The notes under the pieces: model-generated | What the model saw: only the letters and a program-made list of their open reading frames with translations | Told to the model about the DNA's origin: nothing | Database searches by the model: none | NCBI GenBank assembly: GCA_001661245.1 | Contig: KV454018.1 | Coordinates: 439,944-503,943, forward strand | Origin: Pachysolen tannophilus NRRL Y-2460 | Lineage: Eukaryota | DNA: 64,000 nucleotides | Direction: 5' to 3' | Part shown: positions 1 through 11,459 of the stretch, one piece after another | Layout: each line of letters begins with the position of its first letter | How positions within the stretch are numbered: the stretch's first letter is position 1 | Program-made: the position numbers and the translations under genes

Positions 1-2544
1 GATTCTTTGAGTACGAGCAGGCACAGAAAGAATTCTGTTGTAAAATCAATTGCATTGAACGAAATTCCATTGATTGAGGATCATTTGACTAATAAATCGT
101 TGAATATTAAAGGATCTGCTACTAATTTGAAAAGAATACGTTCAATTGATGATTTGAGTTTAAGGGGAAATGGAAGCAATGTTGGTGGTGATGATAATAG
201 TAGTAATGGTACTAAAGGTGATGATGGTACTAAAGGTGGGCCGTTGATGACTTATCCATTCAACGACAAAGAGAAAAATGATTTATGGAATCAATATCTA
301 GATTCTTTTGAGTTTGATAATTTAATATCGTTTGATGATGAACAAGAGTTGGTGGATAATTTGGAAAATGAAAAAATTTATCAGTTTAAAGATTATGTTG
401 ATCTTACTTTGTTAGAAAATGGTAAATATGAAGTACAATGTGAACATTTAATTAATAATTTAGATCATTTATTACTTTCAAATCAAGAAATTTCATTGGA
501 GACTTTAGAATTTCAGAAAAAATCTGATGATTTGATTAATAAAATCAATTTTTTAGAAAATATTTCAAATGAATTAAATAAAAATTTAAATTATTTTAAT
601 TCATTGGATGATATTATAAAAATCTTAAATAAAACAAATTTAAATATTGGAAATAATAGTTTAAATACTAATATCTTGATTAAATTGGATGAATGTTTGA
701 AATTTGTTAATGATCCAAATAATGCTAAATTTAAAGAAATTGAACTTTATAAAATGAAATTTAGACAATGTATGGTTAGAGCTTTAACTTTAATTAGAAA
801 TTATGTTGTTGAAGGATTTAAAAAAATTTCAAATGAATTAAATTCCAAATTAAAAGTTGGTATGATTTCTAATGTGACAATTGAAGCTTTAATATATAAT
901 AGATTTCAAGAAGATTGTTCCAAATTTAAACCATTGATAAACGAACTTTATATTAGAACAATTATAATTGAAGAAGATGATGAATCAAATTATGATAGTG
1001 AATATTTAGGATTATTAACTGATTGTTATAACAATTATTTTAAGATAAGAAAACATTTTTTAAGCAGTTATATCCATAATCATCTTTCAAATTATAATAG
1101 TACAAACAAAGTTTTAATTCATTATATTCAAGATAATATTTCATTTTTTTCAAATATTTGTAATAAAGAGCTTAAAATTTTTAAATCAATTTTTTATTCT
1201 AGTCCAAATTTAAACAAGTATAACAATAAAGTGATAAATAATGAATTTCAAGATATATTGAATCCACTTTATCAATTAGCAAGAACTAAAATTCTTAGGG
1301 AAACCAGTATTGATAGATTATGTGATGTAATTACATTGTTACAAAAATATTATGAATTTGAATATGATGAAGGTAATAGTGAAATTGAAAGTGTTGGAAT
1401 TGGTAATAATGAAAATAGTCTTGATTTAAAATTTGCATCTGATGATTCAGCACTAAATAAAACTATTAGATTTGATAAATTATTTGAACCAATCTTGAAA
1501 GAAGTTCAAACAAAATTAATCTTAAGAATACAAGTTTATATCGATAAAAATATTTTAAATTATAAACCTAGTGGGGAAGAATTAACTATTGCTAATCGAA
1601 GAATTAAACAAAAACAGAAATCAGAAAATTCAAATGCTGATGATGCTAGTTTTAATGATACAGCTAGTAGTATCGTTACTACTACCAGTATGATTGATGA
1701 AAACATTAATAAGACTCTTAAAGAATTTAATATTGATCAGGATGAAACTAGCAGTTCCTTATATTATCCACCGATTCTTAAATCGATTAAATTATTAAAC
1801 AAGATTTATCAGTTGGTTGATCCAAAGATTTTTTCAGATTTAGCAAATTCAATTGTTCATTTATTGATCTTATCCATTAGAGAAACATTTGAAAAAAATT
1901 ATGTTATTAATAATAAAAATAAAACAGATTTGAAACTTTACTTGATAAAAAATTATATTTTTTTGAAAAAAGTGTTGGATACCAATTTTGATATTGAATA
2001 CGTTGGTAATGAATCAATCTTGGATTTCAGTGGATTACAAGGTTTAATATATGGTGTAATAAATAAGACTGAAACTACTTTAAATGATAAATATAGAAGA
2101 AAAAGTAGTATTGGAAGTGAAAATGGATTTTTTAACAAAGTATTGAAATCAGTACCCAAATATGTGAATAATATCATTGATGGGAAACAAGAATTAACTG
2201 TCGAATTAAGAAACTTGATTCATTCTTATATTGATGATTGTTCAGATATCATACTTTTACCTTTAAAATCAATTACAAAGGACAATATACAAAATCTGAA
2301 TGAAATTTTAGGAGATTTTAAAAAAAACTTAAATATAGAGATTGAAAGACGTAAAACTCAAATCTTAAACTACATTGATGATGATGAAACTGTTGTTAGC
2401 AGTTTAATAGACGGTATTAAAGAATCAATTGTCAACAAGTACGAAAATGTTTATCAATATATAAACGAATTATTCACAAAAAATGGCGTTAAAGATACAG
2501 AACTAATGGAAGCTGATACCTTACTTTATTTCTTAAATAACTGA
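1..2544 (+). CDS. COG3: Conserved oligomeric Golgi complex subunit 3 (Sec34/Cog3), 5' end probably outside window
   Basis: Frame is open from base 1 and the track start is a TTG. RKNSVVKSIA N-terminus and LIKLDECLKFV...KFRQCMVRALTLIRNY...YYPPILKSIKLLNKIYQLV match Cog3 motifs. Confidence 0.9.
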   Translation, partial: DSLSTSRHRKNSVVKSIALNEIPLIEDHLTNKSLNIKGSATNLKRIRSIDDLSLRGNGSNVGGDDNSSNGTKGDDGTKGGPLMTYPFNDKEKNDLWNQYLDSFEFDNLISFDDEQELVDNLENEKIYQFKDYVDLTLLENGKYEVQCEHLINNLDHLLLSNQEISLETLEFQKKSDDLINKINFLENISNELNKNLNYFNSLDDIIKILNKTNLNIGNNSLNTNILIKLDECLKFVNDPNNAKFKEIELYKMKFRQCMVRALTLIRNYVVEGFKKISNELNSKLKVGMISNVTIEALIYNRFQEDCSKFKPLINELYIRTIIIEEDDESNYDSEYLGLLTDCYNNYFKIRKHFLSSYIHNHLSNYNSTNKVLIHYIQDNISFFSNICNKELKIFKSIFYSSPNLNKYNNKVINNEFQDILNPLYQLARTKILRETSIDRLCDVITLLQKYYEFEYDEGNSEIESVGIGNNENSLDLKFASDDSALNKTIRFDKLFEPILKEVQTKLILRIQVYIDKNILNYKPSGEELTIANRRIKQKQKSENSNADDASFNDTASSIVTTTSMIDENINKTLKEFNIDQDETSSSLYYPPILKSIKLLNKIYQLVDPKIFSDLANSIVHLLILSIRETFEKNYVINNKNKTDLKLYLIKNYIFLKKVLDTNFDIEYVGNESILDFSGLQGLIYGVINKTETTLNDKYRRKSSIGSENGFFNKVLKSVPKYVNNIIDGKQELTVELRNLIHSYIDDCSDIILLPLKSITKDNIQNLNEILGDFKKNLNIEIERRKTQILNYIDDDETVVSSLIDGIKESIVNKYENVYQYINELFTKNGVKDTELMEADTLLYFLNN

Positions 2545-2618
2545 TTCACCTGTTTGTATATATTGTATATATATATATATTTAAATATATAAATAGTAAA
2601 TGACAATAATACATATAC

Positions 2619-2960
2619 TTATTGCTCAATCTCGTCTAATGGATTATAAGTATTTTCGGATAATAATCTATTCAACTCCTGTTTAACATAATTAATCTTT
2701 GACTGGTCCACTAAAAGGTGGGTCTCATCTAAATCATCTATCACTATATCGTGCTTATCATGGTCTATTGACAAGATTAAAGCCTTTACTGATGGATCAC
2801 TGTAATTTAGTCAGTATATGAAAATTGATTGAACTATACTTACTTTAACTTACCATTGAATTAAAGTTCCTTTATCAAATAAATACTGTTAGTCTTCATT
2901 TCCCAAATAATGTCTATATTATCTCTTCTATCTATACTCACCTTTAATTGCTCTGGGCAT
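2619..2960 (-). CDS. TFB5: TFIIH subunit Tfb5 (71 aa), three exons: 2960-2942, 2869-2854, 2799-2619
   Basis: Manual splice. Intron 1 is 2941-2870 (GTGAGT..GACTAAC..AAG) and intron 2 is 2853-2800 (GTAAGT..TACTGAC..CAG). Product MPRAIKGTLIQCDPSVKALILSIDHDKHDIVIDDLDETHLLVDQSKINYVKQELNRLLSENTYNPLDEIEQ. Divergent from VPS41 as in S. cerevisiae. Confidence 0.95.
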
Positions 2961-3126
2961 GTTGTTGTAGTAAATTCCGTTTATCAATTGTTATTTATTA
3001 TATTAAAAAAGTTATTAAATAAGAAAAGGTTTTTTTATTTATATTTAATTTCATAAAATCGTAATATACAAATTTGCCATAATACAACGAAAACAACAAC
3101 GACATCAATTACTTGGACAAGTGAAA

Positions 3127-5943
3127 ATGTCAGAGGATGGCACTGAAAAGCATCTTGTTCATGATCATGGAAAACAAGATAATGATGGTTTGAATGGTAG
3201 TAATTTGAATGGTAATGGTGTTGATAAAACTGAAAAGGAACTTGGAGAGGAAGAGAAACAGAATGAGGAAGAAGAGGAAGAAGAAGAAGAAGAACCACCA
3301 ACGTTAAAGTATACAAGATTAACTCAGCTTCCGTCGAGGTTCTTCAATAAGGATCCAATATCTGCTTGTCATTTCCATGATTCAATTTTCATATTTGCTA
3401 CCCATTCTGGGTTTATTCATTTGACGAAAACGGATTTAACTCCAATAAGAACTTTTAGAGCACACAGAGCGTCGGTACTATCAATTCATACAGATGGACA
3501 ATATGTGGCGACCGGATCGATGGATGGAACTGTAGTGATTGGGTCGATAGAAGATGAACAGGACATTGTTGCGTTCAATTTTAAGAGACCAATTCATGCT
3601 GTGGTATTAGATAGACAATATAGAGTTACAAAAAGTTTTATCTCTGGAGGTATGGCAGGTAACGTTGTATTATCTAGTAAGAACTGGTTAGGACAAAGAA
3701 ATGATGTGGTATTGGATTCTGATAATGGACCAATTGTAAATATTCAAATCATAGATGATTTGATCATCTGGATGAATGATCGTGGCATAACTATTTATCA
3801 GCTTCCAACAAAGATGACATTGTACAATATTGCTTTACCAAAAGATTTTAAAACAAGACCGGATTTGTATTGGCCAAAAGTTTACTTTTCTGCACTCAAT
3901 CAGATAGTGATTGCTTGGTGTAATTATATATGGTTTATTAAAGTTTCAATGACGAAGGAAAGTGAAACAGATAATAAATTCTTGTCTTCTACATCATCAA
4001 CTTTTAAACCATCATATGATAAAAAAATCGAAATTGAAAAAGTGATTGCTCTTGAGCATGATATAATAGCTGGTATTTCACAGTTCAATAATGATGATAT
4101 AATGATTTTAAACTATTTATTACCTGATGAAGAAACAGGTATTTCACCACCGCCAGAGTTAAAGTTGATAAATTCTGACACTTTAGAAGAATCATTAGAT
4201 GATGTAATAGAATTGAAAAATTTTGAAAACTTGGGAGTTAATGATTATCATTTATATCAATACGTGGATCCTGAATGTAAAAGGTGGTTTTTAATAAGTG
4301 CTAATGATGGAGTAATAGTGGAAGAATTTAACATTCATGACAAATATCAGTGGTATTTAAAGAAACATGATTATTTGAAAGCTTGGTCAATCAGTGAATA
4401 TATAGTGGAGAAACTAGAAAGATTGAACGTCGGTTTGAAACAAATGAACGCTTTTGTCGAGCTGAACAATTGGAAAGAAGCAGCTAAATTTTTATCCCAA
4501 ATTTTAGATTGCATTGGTAAAGATCATCTTGATAGAGTAAAAGAAGTTTGGGAGGACTGGCTTCGAATATTTTATAAATCGAATAAGGTAGATGATATAG
4601 TGGATTATATACCCAAGGATGATAATTTTGGAGTAGAAAAAGGAATTTATAATAAGTATTTGGAATATTATTTGGATCTGAAACAATTTTTAAAATTTAA
4701 TGAATTGATTAGGAATTGGAATCATGAATTATTTGATTTAAAATATATTAAAAATTTAATTGAAATCAATTTGAAAAATTATGACCAAGGAGATCAAAAA
4801 GATGTTTCTGAAGTTGAAATTTACGAACTAAGAAAACTATTTGTGGATTTATGTGTTGAATTAAATGAGTACGCACCAGCAGTTGAACATTTAATCAAGT
4901 TGAAAGATAAGCATCTATTACAATTTTTATCTGAAAATAATTTAATTGAAGATTTTTTTGACCAACTTCCTGAGATCATTACGTTAAACTTGAGCAGAGA
5001 CGAAATTGATTTGTCTCCTTTAGATTACTTGAAAGAAAAATTGGATGATAAGATTGAGATTTTGATTAATAATAGGCATAAGATATTACCACAGGATATC
5101 TTGAATAAAATGGAAGCTCATAATTTAAACTTGATCAATTATTTATATTTTGAAAAATTGTTTAAATTAGATAAATTTTTAGTTAAAAATTTTGAAAACG
5201 ATATGGTCAAATTGTCTGCTTCATATAATAGACCAATGTTGTTGAGTTTCTTGATGAAAAGTAATAATTACAATATTGAAAATGCAATTAAGATTTGTGA
5301 GTCTAAGAATTATATTAAAGAATTGGTTTATCTCTTAAGCAAAGTCGGTCAAAATAAGAAAGCATTGATGCTAATAATAGATAAATTAAATGACCCTGAG
5401 CAGGCAATTAATTTTGTAACAAATTTCAATGATAAAGAATTATGGGATTACTTGTTAGATTACTCAATGGATAAGCCAAAATTTATTAAATCCTTAATCT
5501 TGAAAGCTGGAGATACAATAGACCCAAAATCGATTGTCATGAGAATACCTGAGAAAGTGGAAATTGATGATTTACAAAATTTATTGATTAATATCACCTC
5601 CAACAATAACATGGAAGTTTTAATCAATAGAAGAATATTGAAAATCATAGAACTGGAAACTATGAGTTATTTTGATGAATTGAAAAATTTAAAATTAAAA
5701 GGTTATCTAATTGATCCAAGAGATTATTTAAAACAAGATTGGGAACTAGGGCCGGAACAAGAACAGGCAACTTTTATAAAATTTGTTGATGAATCAAAGA
5801 AAACCCTAATTAAAGAAGAGCAACTAATCGGTAAAGAAAATATTTGGAAATCCGTAAGCACAAGCATCTCCCAGAAGATTACACACTTAGCCTATATCAA
5901 AGAAAAATGGCTGCTTCACCTTTCCAATGGCAATAAGGAATGA
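3127..5943 (+). CDS. VPS41: HOPS complex subunit Vps41
   Basis: Acidic tract then EPPTLKYTRL, a WD40 propeller (HRASVLSI, ATGSMDGTVVIG) and a clathrin-repeat region (ELVYLLSKVGQNKKALMLII). First ATG at 3127. Confidence 0.95.
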   Translation: MSEDGTEKHLVHDHGKQDNDGLNGSNLNGNGVDKTEKELGEEEKQNEEEEEEEEEEPPTLKYTRLTQLPSRFFNKDPISACHFHDSIFIFATHSGFIHLTKTDLTPIRTFRAHRASVLSIHTDGQYVATGSMDGTVVIGSIEDEQDIVAFNFKRPIHAVVLDRQYRVTKSFISGGMAGNVVLSSKNWLGQRNDVVLDSDNGPIVNIQIIDDLIIWMNDRGITIYQLPTKMTLYNIALPKDFKTRPDLYWPKVYFSALNQIVIAWCNYIWFIKVSMTKESETDNKFLSSTSSTFKPSYDKKIEIEKVIALEHDIIAGISQFNNDDIMILNYLLPDEETGISPPPELKLINSDTLEESLDDVIELKNFENLGVNDYHLYQYVDPECKRWFLISANDGVIVEEFNIHDKYQWYLKKHDYLKAWSISEYIVEKLERLNVGLKQMNAFVELNNWKEAAKFLSQILDCIGKDHLDRVKEVWEDWLRIFYKSNKVDDIVDYIPKDDNFGVEKGIYNKYLEYYLDLKQFLKFNELIRNWNHELFDLKYIKNLIEINLKNYDQGDQKDVSEVEIYELRKLFVDLCVELNEYAPAVEHLIKLKDKHLLQFLSENNLIEDFFDQLPEIITLNLSRDEIDLSPLDYLKEKLDDKIEILINNRHKILPQDILNKMEAHNLNLINYLYFEKLFKLDKFLVKNFENDMVKLSASYNRPMLLSFLMKSNNYNIENAIKICESKNYIKELVYLLSKVGQNKKALMLIIDKLNDPEQAINFVTNFNDKELWDYLLDYSMDKPKFIKSLILKAGDTIDPKSIVMRIPEKVEIDDLQNLLINITSNNNMEVLINRRILKIIELETMSYFDELKNLKLKGYLIDPRDYLKQDWELGPEQEQATFIKFVDESKKTLIKEEQLIGKENIWKSVSTSISQKITHLAYIKEKWLLHLSNGNKE

Positions 5944-6426
5944 AATAAATGATGACATTTGGATTGTATTTCAAGTATTGGGGAAGAAGCAGGTATTTCC
6001 TAAAGAGGAAATTTTTTTTGTACCATACAATCTGCTGTGTACCCCTTTTTTTTTTACCTAACACAAAAACAATTCAAATCACTATCAAGAATTGAAAAAT
6101 GAACATGAAGCTTTAACATGAATTGGAAGTAATGCAGGGAAGTATATGTCATTGCCACAAAGTCAAAGATTTGTGTGAGTTTTGGTGGCGAGGGTTTTCT
6201 TTTTTTTTTTTTTTTTTGCTTAATTCCTGCACAAGTGTTTGCTGAGGTATTGAAACTTACTTTGATAGTTATTGCTAGGAATATATACTGAATGAAGAAA
6301 TCACTGTAAGGTAGTCTGACAAATAGAGGTTGTATTAACACCTTATTAGGCTTTTAACTAGGATGTACTAATCGTTAAGATTGGTATTTTCTTGGTATTT
6401 TGATTTGAAATTTCAAGAACTAGGAT

Positions 6427-8604
6427 ATGGAGATGGGGATGAACAAAGCAATAGATGTATCTAACTCTTTGGAGGAGGATGTTGCAAAAGATGAGTTGAT
6501 TGTTTTTGATGATAAGGATCCGTCTTTGTACAAAGATTTGGATAATCAAGACTTGGATGATGATATAAATACAAAAGTTTTCTTTAACAATAATAGTTTT
6601 CAATTTGTAACTATTACTCAAGAAACTCTCAATAATGTTATGAACGAAGAGCTAGCTTCTATTGGTACAGAAGAACATATTGAAGGTTCGACTACTTTTA
6701 AAGTAGAAAGAGATAATGAAGAGGAATTTCAAGAGGCTTCCAAATTTTTAAGTTTGGTTGAAGTTAATGGAAAAGAAACTGGAGACTCTTCATTCACTAA
6801 CTTTCACAGGAATAATAATAAAGAAAGTTTAAGAAAATTCTCAAACTTAGAAGAATCTTTTAATGTGAAAATAAACAGTTTTGGAGATTTGGGGGATGAC
6901 AAGAAGTTTTTTTCGAATAATGGGGTAATTATGGATAACTCAAATGATGATTCTAATTTTATAACCAATAACAGCAGTATTTCTAATGCACATCAAAATA
7001 CTTTTCAGTCGTCGTCACCTTCAAAGCGTACACCATTAGGTGATATCACAGGTGATGTTATGATTACTAAAAATGTTGAGAAATCTGATACTTCAAACAA
7101 TTACGAGGACATTTCTAAAGGTGTCGTTGATAGTTTCGTTTCAACAAATGATAAATTAGAAAATAAAATTTTTAATACTCCGGATAGACCATCCTTAGGT
7201 AGGGATCATGACGACGAACAACATCATGAACAAGATCATCATGAAATTACAACTCCAACCACTGGCAAAGGTGTAATGATTAGTAGAAATGCTGATGATA
7301 GCCTAAAATCACCTTCAAAACTTTCAAAAAATAGTCTGTCGCCCTTTTTAAATATGTTTAAAAGATCAGCAGATGATTTTAATTCCAGTACGAGACCAAA
7401 CAGGTTTCTTTGTGATGAAGCAAATTCAGGTCTTGAAAATAAACCTAGATTTAATTTCTTTAACAACTTCGAAAGTATGAAACTTCAATTACCTGAGTCT
7501 AGATTGTGGAGTTCTAAAGCTGAAAGTGAAAACAAAGAGAATATTGATAACAATGAAATTAATTCACCTCTGAAACTGAATAGCGCTACAAGTTCAGGCT
7601 ATAAATTCAGGACTAGTTTTAATGATACTTTCAAAAGACATTTTGGTGGTGAAAGTAGACTAGGTTCATTTAGAAGTTGGAAACAATCTGCAGCTTCCAC
7701 TGATATACTTACTCCAAATAATAATTTGCAACAAAAAAATGAGGAAAATTATTCTTTCAGATCAATTTTTAAAGAATTTGAAAATTTTAAAGTGAAAATA
7801 ACTGGTGGATCTGGTACTAATACCAACAATGAAAATGTTGAGCCAAATTCAATGGGTGAAGGTCTCCAACTTTCCCCAGAATTTAAGAAAAGATTTAAAG
7901 AAAATTTTAAAGAGATTAAAGAAAAATACAATGATAATTTAAGGCGGAAGAAATTGGAAAATGGTAATAATGATGAACAGGAGCAGGCTCCACATTTACG
8001 TAAATCCATAGAGAATCTTAAGGCCAAATTTGAAAATGTTAGACAAGAGTATCATAACAGGAAAAACTTTAGAAAAGATGAGCAACTTTTAGAAGCTAAA
8101 AACAATGAATTTGTTGTTTCTAATAAAGGGCACAATAATAGAAATATTACTGAAGGAAAAACTATTAGAGAACTTCAGCCAGTTGTCAATCAAAGAATAC
8201 ATGTTGAAAGTCGCCCATCTTCCAAAGCAAGTGAAATTTTAAGACCATCTTCCAAGCAACAAAGTAATTTTTCTAGACCTATTTCTAGGAAGATTAGTGA
8301 TTTCTCAACTTCACCTTCAAGAGAAAAATCACGTCCAGGTTCTAAAAGTATTCATCGTTCACCTTCATCTCAAAGGATTAAAGTTGTTGATAACAAACTT
8401 AAAGTTGAAGCTACTAGAATAGATAAATTGGATGATGACGAGTTTTTGAACAAGATATGCCAAGAAGAAAATTTAATGAAGGAAGAATTGATTAGAAGAA
8501 TTAAGGAAGGTAGTTTAAAGGCTCGTAGAAAAGGTAGGTCGATTAATATTCAATTAGTAAATTCGAATTTTGATCCTCCAAAGAGTAGACAGCAGCTGTA
8601 TTAA
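6427..8604 (+). CDS. Uncharacterised low-complexity/coiled-coil protein with D-box, KEN-box and CDK-type motifs
   Basis: 725-aa ATG-started ORF, S/N/K-rich, no family recognised. Confidence 0.7.
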   Translation: MEMGMNKAIDVSNSLEEDVAKDELIVFDDKDPSLYKDLDNQDLDDDINTKVFFNNNSFQFVTITQETLNNVMNEELASIGTEEHIEGSTTFKVERDNEEEFQEASKFLSLVEVNGKETGDSSFTNFHRNNNKESLRKFSNLEESFNVKINSFGDLGDDKKFFSNNGVIMDNSNDDSNFITNNSSISNAHQNTFQSSSPSKRTPLGDITGDVMITKNVEKSDTSNNYEDISKGVVDSFVSTNDKLENKIFNTPDRPSLGRDHDDEQHHEQDHHEITTPTTGKGVMISRNADDSLKSPSKLSKNSLSPFLNMFKRSADDFNSSTRPNRFLCDEANSGLENKPRFNFFNNFESMKLQLPESRLWSSKAESENKENIDNNEINSPLKLNSATSSGYKFRTSFNDTFKRHFGGESRLGSFRSWKQSAASTDILTPNNNLQQKNEENYSFRSIFKEFENFKVKITGGSGTNTNNENVEPNSMGEGLQLSPEFKKRFKENFKEIKEKYNDNLRRKKLENGNNDEQEQAPHLRKSIENLKAKFENVRQEYHNRKNFRKDEQLLEAKNNEFVVSNKGHNNRNITEGKTIRELQPVVNQRIHVESRPSSKASEILRPSSKQQSNFSRPISRKISDFSTSPSREKSRPGSKSIHRSPSSQRIKVVDNKLKVEATRIDKLDDDEFLNKICQEENLMKEELIRRIKEGSLKARRKGRSINIQLVNSNFDPPKSRQQLY

Positions 8605-9472
8605 TTTACACAAATTAATTGTTTTTATTTTGATATATATGCTACCAATAAATCATTTTATAATTGAAGCTAGTTCATTTTGAAAAAGTAAATGACTGAG
8701 AGTCTTGTAATAATGTTAATAATGATACAACTTGGATGAACTAAACTGAATACATAAAAAATAAAATACTAAAACAACTTTGTAACTACGCTAAAATGCT
8801 AAGAATTGATAGAAGTAAAGAAAAAGAGATGCAAAAACGAAAAGCACAAAAAAAAAAATACTAAAAAAAAAAAACAATTAATATTGATACAAGAAAGTGA
8901 ACAAAATATAATGTAATATGAGAAAAAAAAAACAAAAATCTAATAAATAGCCAAGAGAATGGTAAGAATGAAACAAAATTATGGAAAAGTGAATAAGATA
9001 AGTAAAAATTAATCACAAAAGAACACTTTTAGTTAATAAAGATGCAAAAAAGGCACAAATTTTCACAAGATGAGAAGTAAACAAAAATTCCTTTAAAAAT
9101 AATAAAAGAAGATAAATATTTAATTGAAGGGTTATAAAGAACAAAAAAAAAAAAAGGCAAGAAAATAAAAACATAAAAATAATAACGTAACAAAAATAAT
9201 AAAAAAAAATCCAGGGGTTGACCATAACATGTTGGAACATAAACAGCCTTATTTTGATCCATCAGTGATAATAGAAATATATATGTTTTGTCTTGAGGGG
9301 AACTTGTATTTTCTTTTTCATTCTATCAGTTTTAAATAATGATCCATTTTTTTTTCGAAAGTTTTAATTTTAATTTTTCAAAAAAAAAGTTTTTTTTTTT
9401 ATTTTTTTAAAATTTTTTTTAAATTTTTTTTTATATTTTTTTTATTTTTATATCTAAAGTAAGATGATAAAC

Positions 9473-10894
9473 TCAATCTTTTTGCTCTTGTTGTTCTTCT
9501 CCTTCTGCTGTTGCTGATACTGAGTTTACAATCTGGTCTGGATGTTGATTTTCTTGCTGCTGCTGTGGTGGTAGTTGTTGTTGATGTTGCAGCTCAGTAA
9601 TTTTTTTCTTTTCATGCTCGACTTTGTTACTAATTAACTGTATAGCAGCATTAATGGCATTTTGAGTTCCTTGTAAAGTCAATACTCTTGAAGGGGAACC
9701 TTGAATTTCATCATTAATTTTAACATAACAACCTGTTAATTGTCTAATATGTTTAACATTTGAACCACCTTTACCTATAACTAAACCTATATGTTCTTTT
9801 GGTACAGCATAATCCTGTTCTATTCTTTCACCTTGCTGTAGAGTATTAAAATTATTTTGTTGCTGCAGTTGTTGAGTGCGTGGGATAAAAGGCATACCGT
9901 TATTTACAGATGTATTATTAAATTGTCTTCCACCAACGGTACCATTATTTCTAGGAGCATTATTAAAACTACCAGCCAGTGCAGCCATTGGGTTTGCACC
10001 CATCATATTCATCATTGGAGGAATTTGCATTGGTAATGACATTGGCATACCTGGGATCATTGGATTACCACCATTTAACATTGGATTAAAAGGAACATTT
10101 AAACTATAATTTGCTGGATTATAAAAAACACATTTTGACATCAATTGTTTATTTTCTAAAACTGTCTGAGCAATATAATAAGTTGCAATATGTATTGCAT
10201 CAGCTACACCTGTAAGATTTAAAATTCTATCAGTTGATTGTGGTAATGTTCTATCTTCAGCTTTTAATCTTGCAGCTGAATTTTCTTCAATTTCTCTAAA
10301 TCTTGCACCTTTTTTACCAATAATATAACCCATTATAGGATGAGGAAATAATAACTTCATCATAAAAGGTTTTGAATCTGGAGAAGATGGAACATTTTCA
10401 GGTTCATCAACTATAGCTCTAACAATAAAACCAAAAGCTTTTGCAACATTTTCTGCAGGTCCACGAACAGAAACAATTCTTTCAGGAACACCTCTTAAAT
10501 TATCACTTACATTTATCCTACAACTAGCAGCTTCTTTTATATGAGAAATCTTCTCACCTCCTTTCCCAACAATTAAAGAAGCTTCTTTAACAGGACAAAA
10601 CATTCTAAAATGAACATAAGTTGGATCATCAACTTTATGACTACTAATTGGTCCCAGTCTATTATTGATAGATCCCGCACTACCCGTTTCATCACTATTA
10701 TTATTATAATTATTATTATTATTATTATTATTAGTATTGGCCATAGTAACATCTTCATTTGAAGTTGTTGATGCAACAGCAGCAGTCTTAGCACTATCCT
10801 CCTCCTTATCATGTCTTTCAATAGCTTCACTATCTAAAGCAACTCTCTTAGCGCCATTCTCTTCATCAACTTCATCGTTCTTTCTTTTCAACAT
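9473..10894 (-). CDS. PBP2: Triple KH-domain RNA-binding protein Pbp2 (hnRNP K-like)
   Basis: Three GxxG KH loops (IVGKGG, IIGKKG, VIGKGG). RINVSDNLRGVPERIV and AKAFGFIVRA match Pbp2. Divergent from SWC5. Confidence 0.88.
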   Translation of the reverse strand: MLKRKNDEVDEENGAKRVALDSEAIERHDKEEDSAKTAAVASTTSNEDVTMANTNNNNNNNNYNNNSDETGSAGSINNRLGPISSHKVDDPTYVHFRMFCPVKEASLIVGKGGEKISHIKEAASCRINVSDNLRGVPERIVSVRGPAENVAKAFGFIVRAIVDEPENVPSSPDSKPFMMKLLFPHPIMGYIIGKKGARFREIEENSAARLKAEDRTLPQSTDRILNLTGVADAIHIATYYIAQTVLENKQLMSKCVFYNPANYSLNVPFNPMLNGGNPMIPGMPMSLPMQIPPMMNMMGANPMAALAGSFNNAPRNNGTVGGRQFNNTSVNNGMPFIPRTQQLQQQNNFNTLQQGERIEQDYAVPKEHIGLVIGKGGSNVKHIRQLTGCYVKINDEIQGSPSRVLTLQGTQNAINAAIQLISNKVEHEKKKITELQHQQQLPPQQQQENQHPDQIVNSVSATAEGEEQQEQKD

Positions 10895-11459
10895 TATCTC
10901 TTATATTTAATTATTTAATTTTTTTTCCTTTGTTACTAATTTTTATATTTAATTTTTTTTCTTTCTTTCTCTCTCTTCTCTATACTATTTCTTTTTTTCC
11001 TTTGTTTGTTTAACGGGTCCTTTTCTTTCTCTAATTAATTAATATTCAACAAATTTTACAAAATCACTGAACCTCTATTCTCCCGTCCAAACAACTTCCT
11101 TCTTATCACTATTCCAACTATTAATATTAAGAAAAATAATTAATTATAATACTTATTAAATATTCAATAATTTTATTATGGTTTCCCAATATTAAAAATC
11201 GCTGTTTTTTTTTTGTTTTTTTTTGTTTTTTTTTGTTTTTTTCAAACTAAAAAAAAACAATTTCCGAATTTGGATTTTTGAGTTTTTTGTTCACGACACA
11301 CTTTTAAAAGGTGTAAAAAATGGTGGAAAATGATGAAAAATGGCGGCGAGAGAAATACCCTTTAGTTGGGGGTTTTATTAGTTAATATTGAAATGATTTA
11401 TAATTAGTTTAGAATCAGAGAAAAGTTTTGAATCTAGAGTTAGAGTTAGAGTTTTAATA

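Noticed and set aside
6292..6380. Possible upstream exon and intron (GTAAGG..TACTAAT..AAG) for the 6427 ORF
   Set aside because: Weak signals, and the splice does not join in frame with the main ORF.
9013..9350. Short ORFs and a TGATCCAT-bounded segment downstream of PBP2, considered as small gene or C/D snoRNA
   Set aside because: The ORFs run into poly-T low complexity, and there is no proper box C/D pair or recognisable guide.
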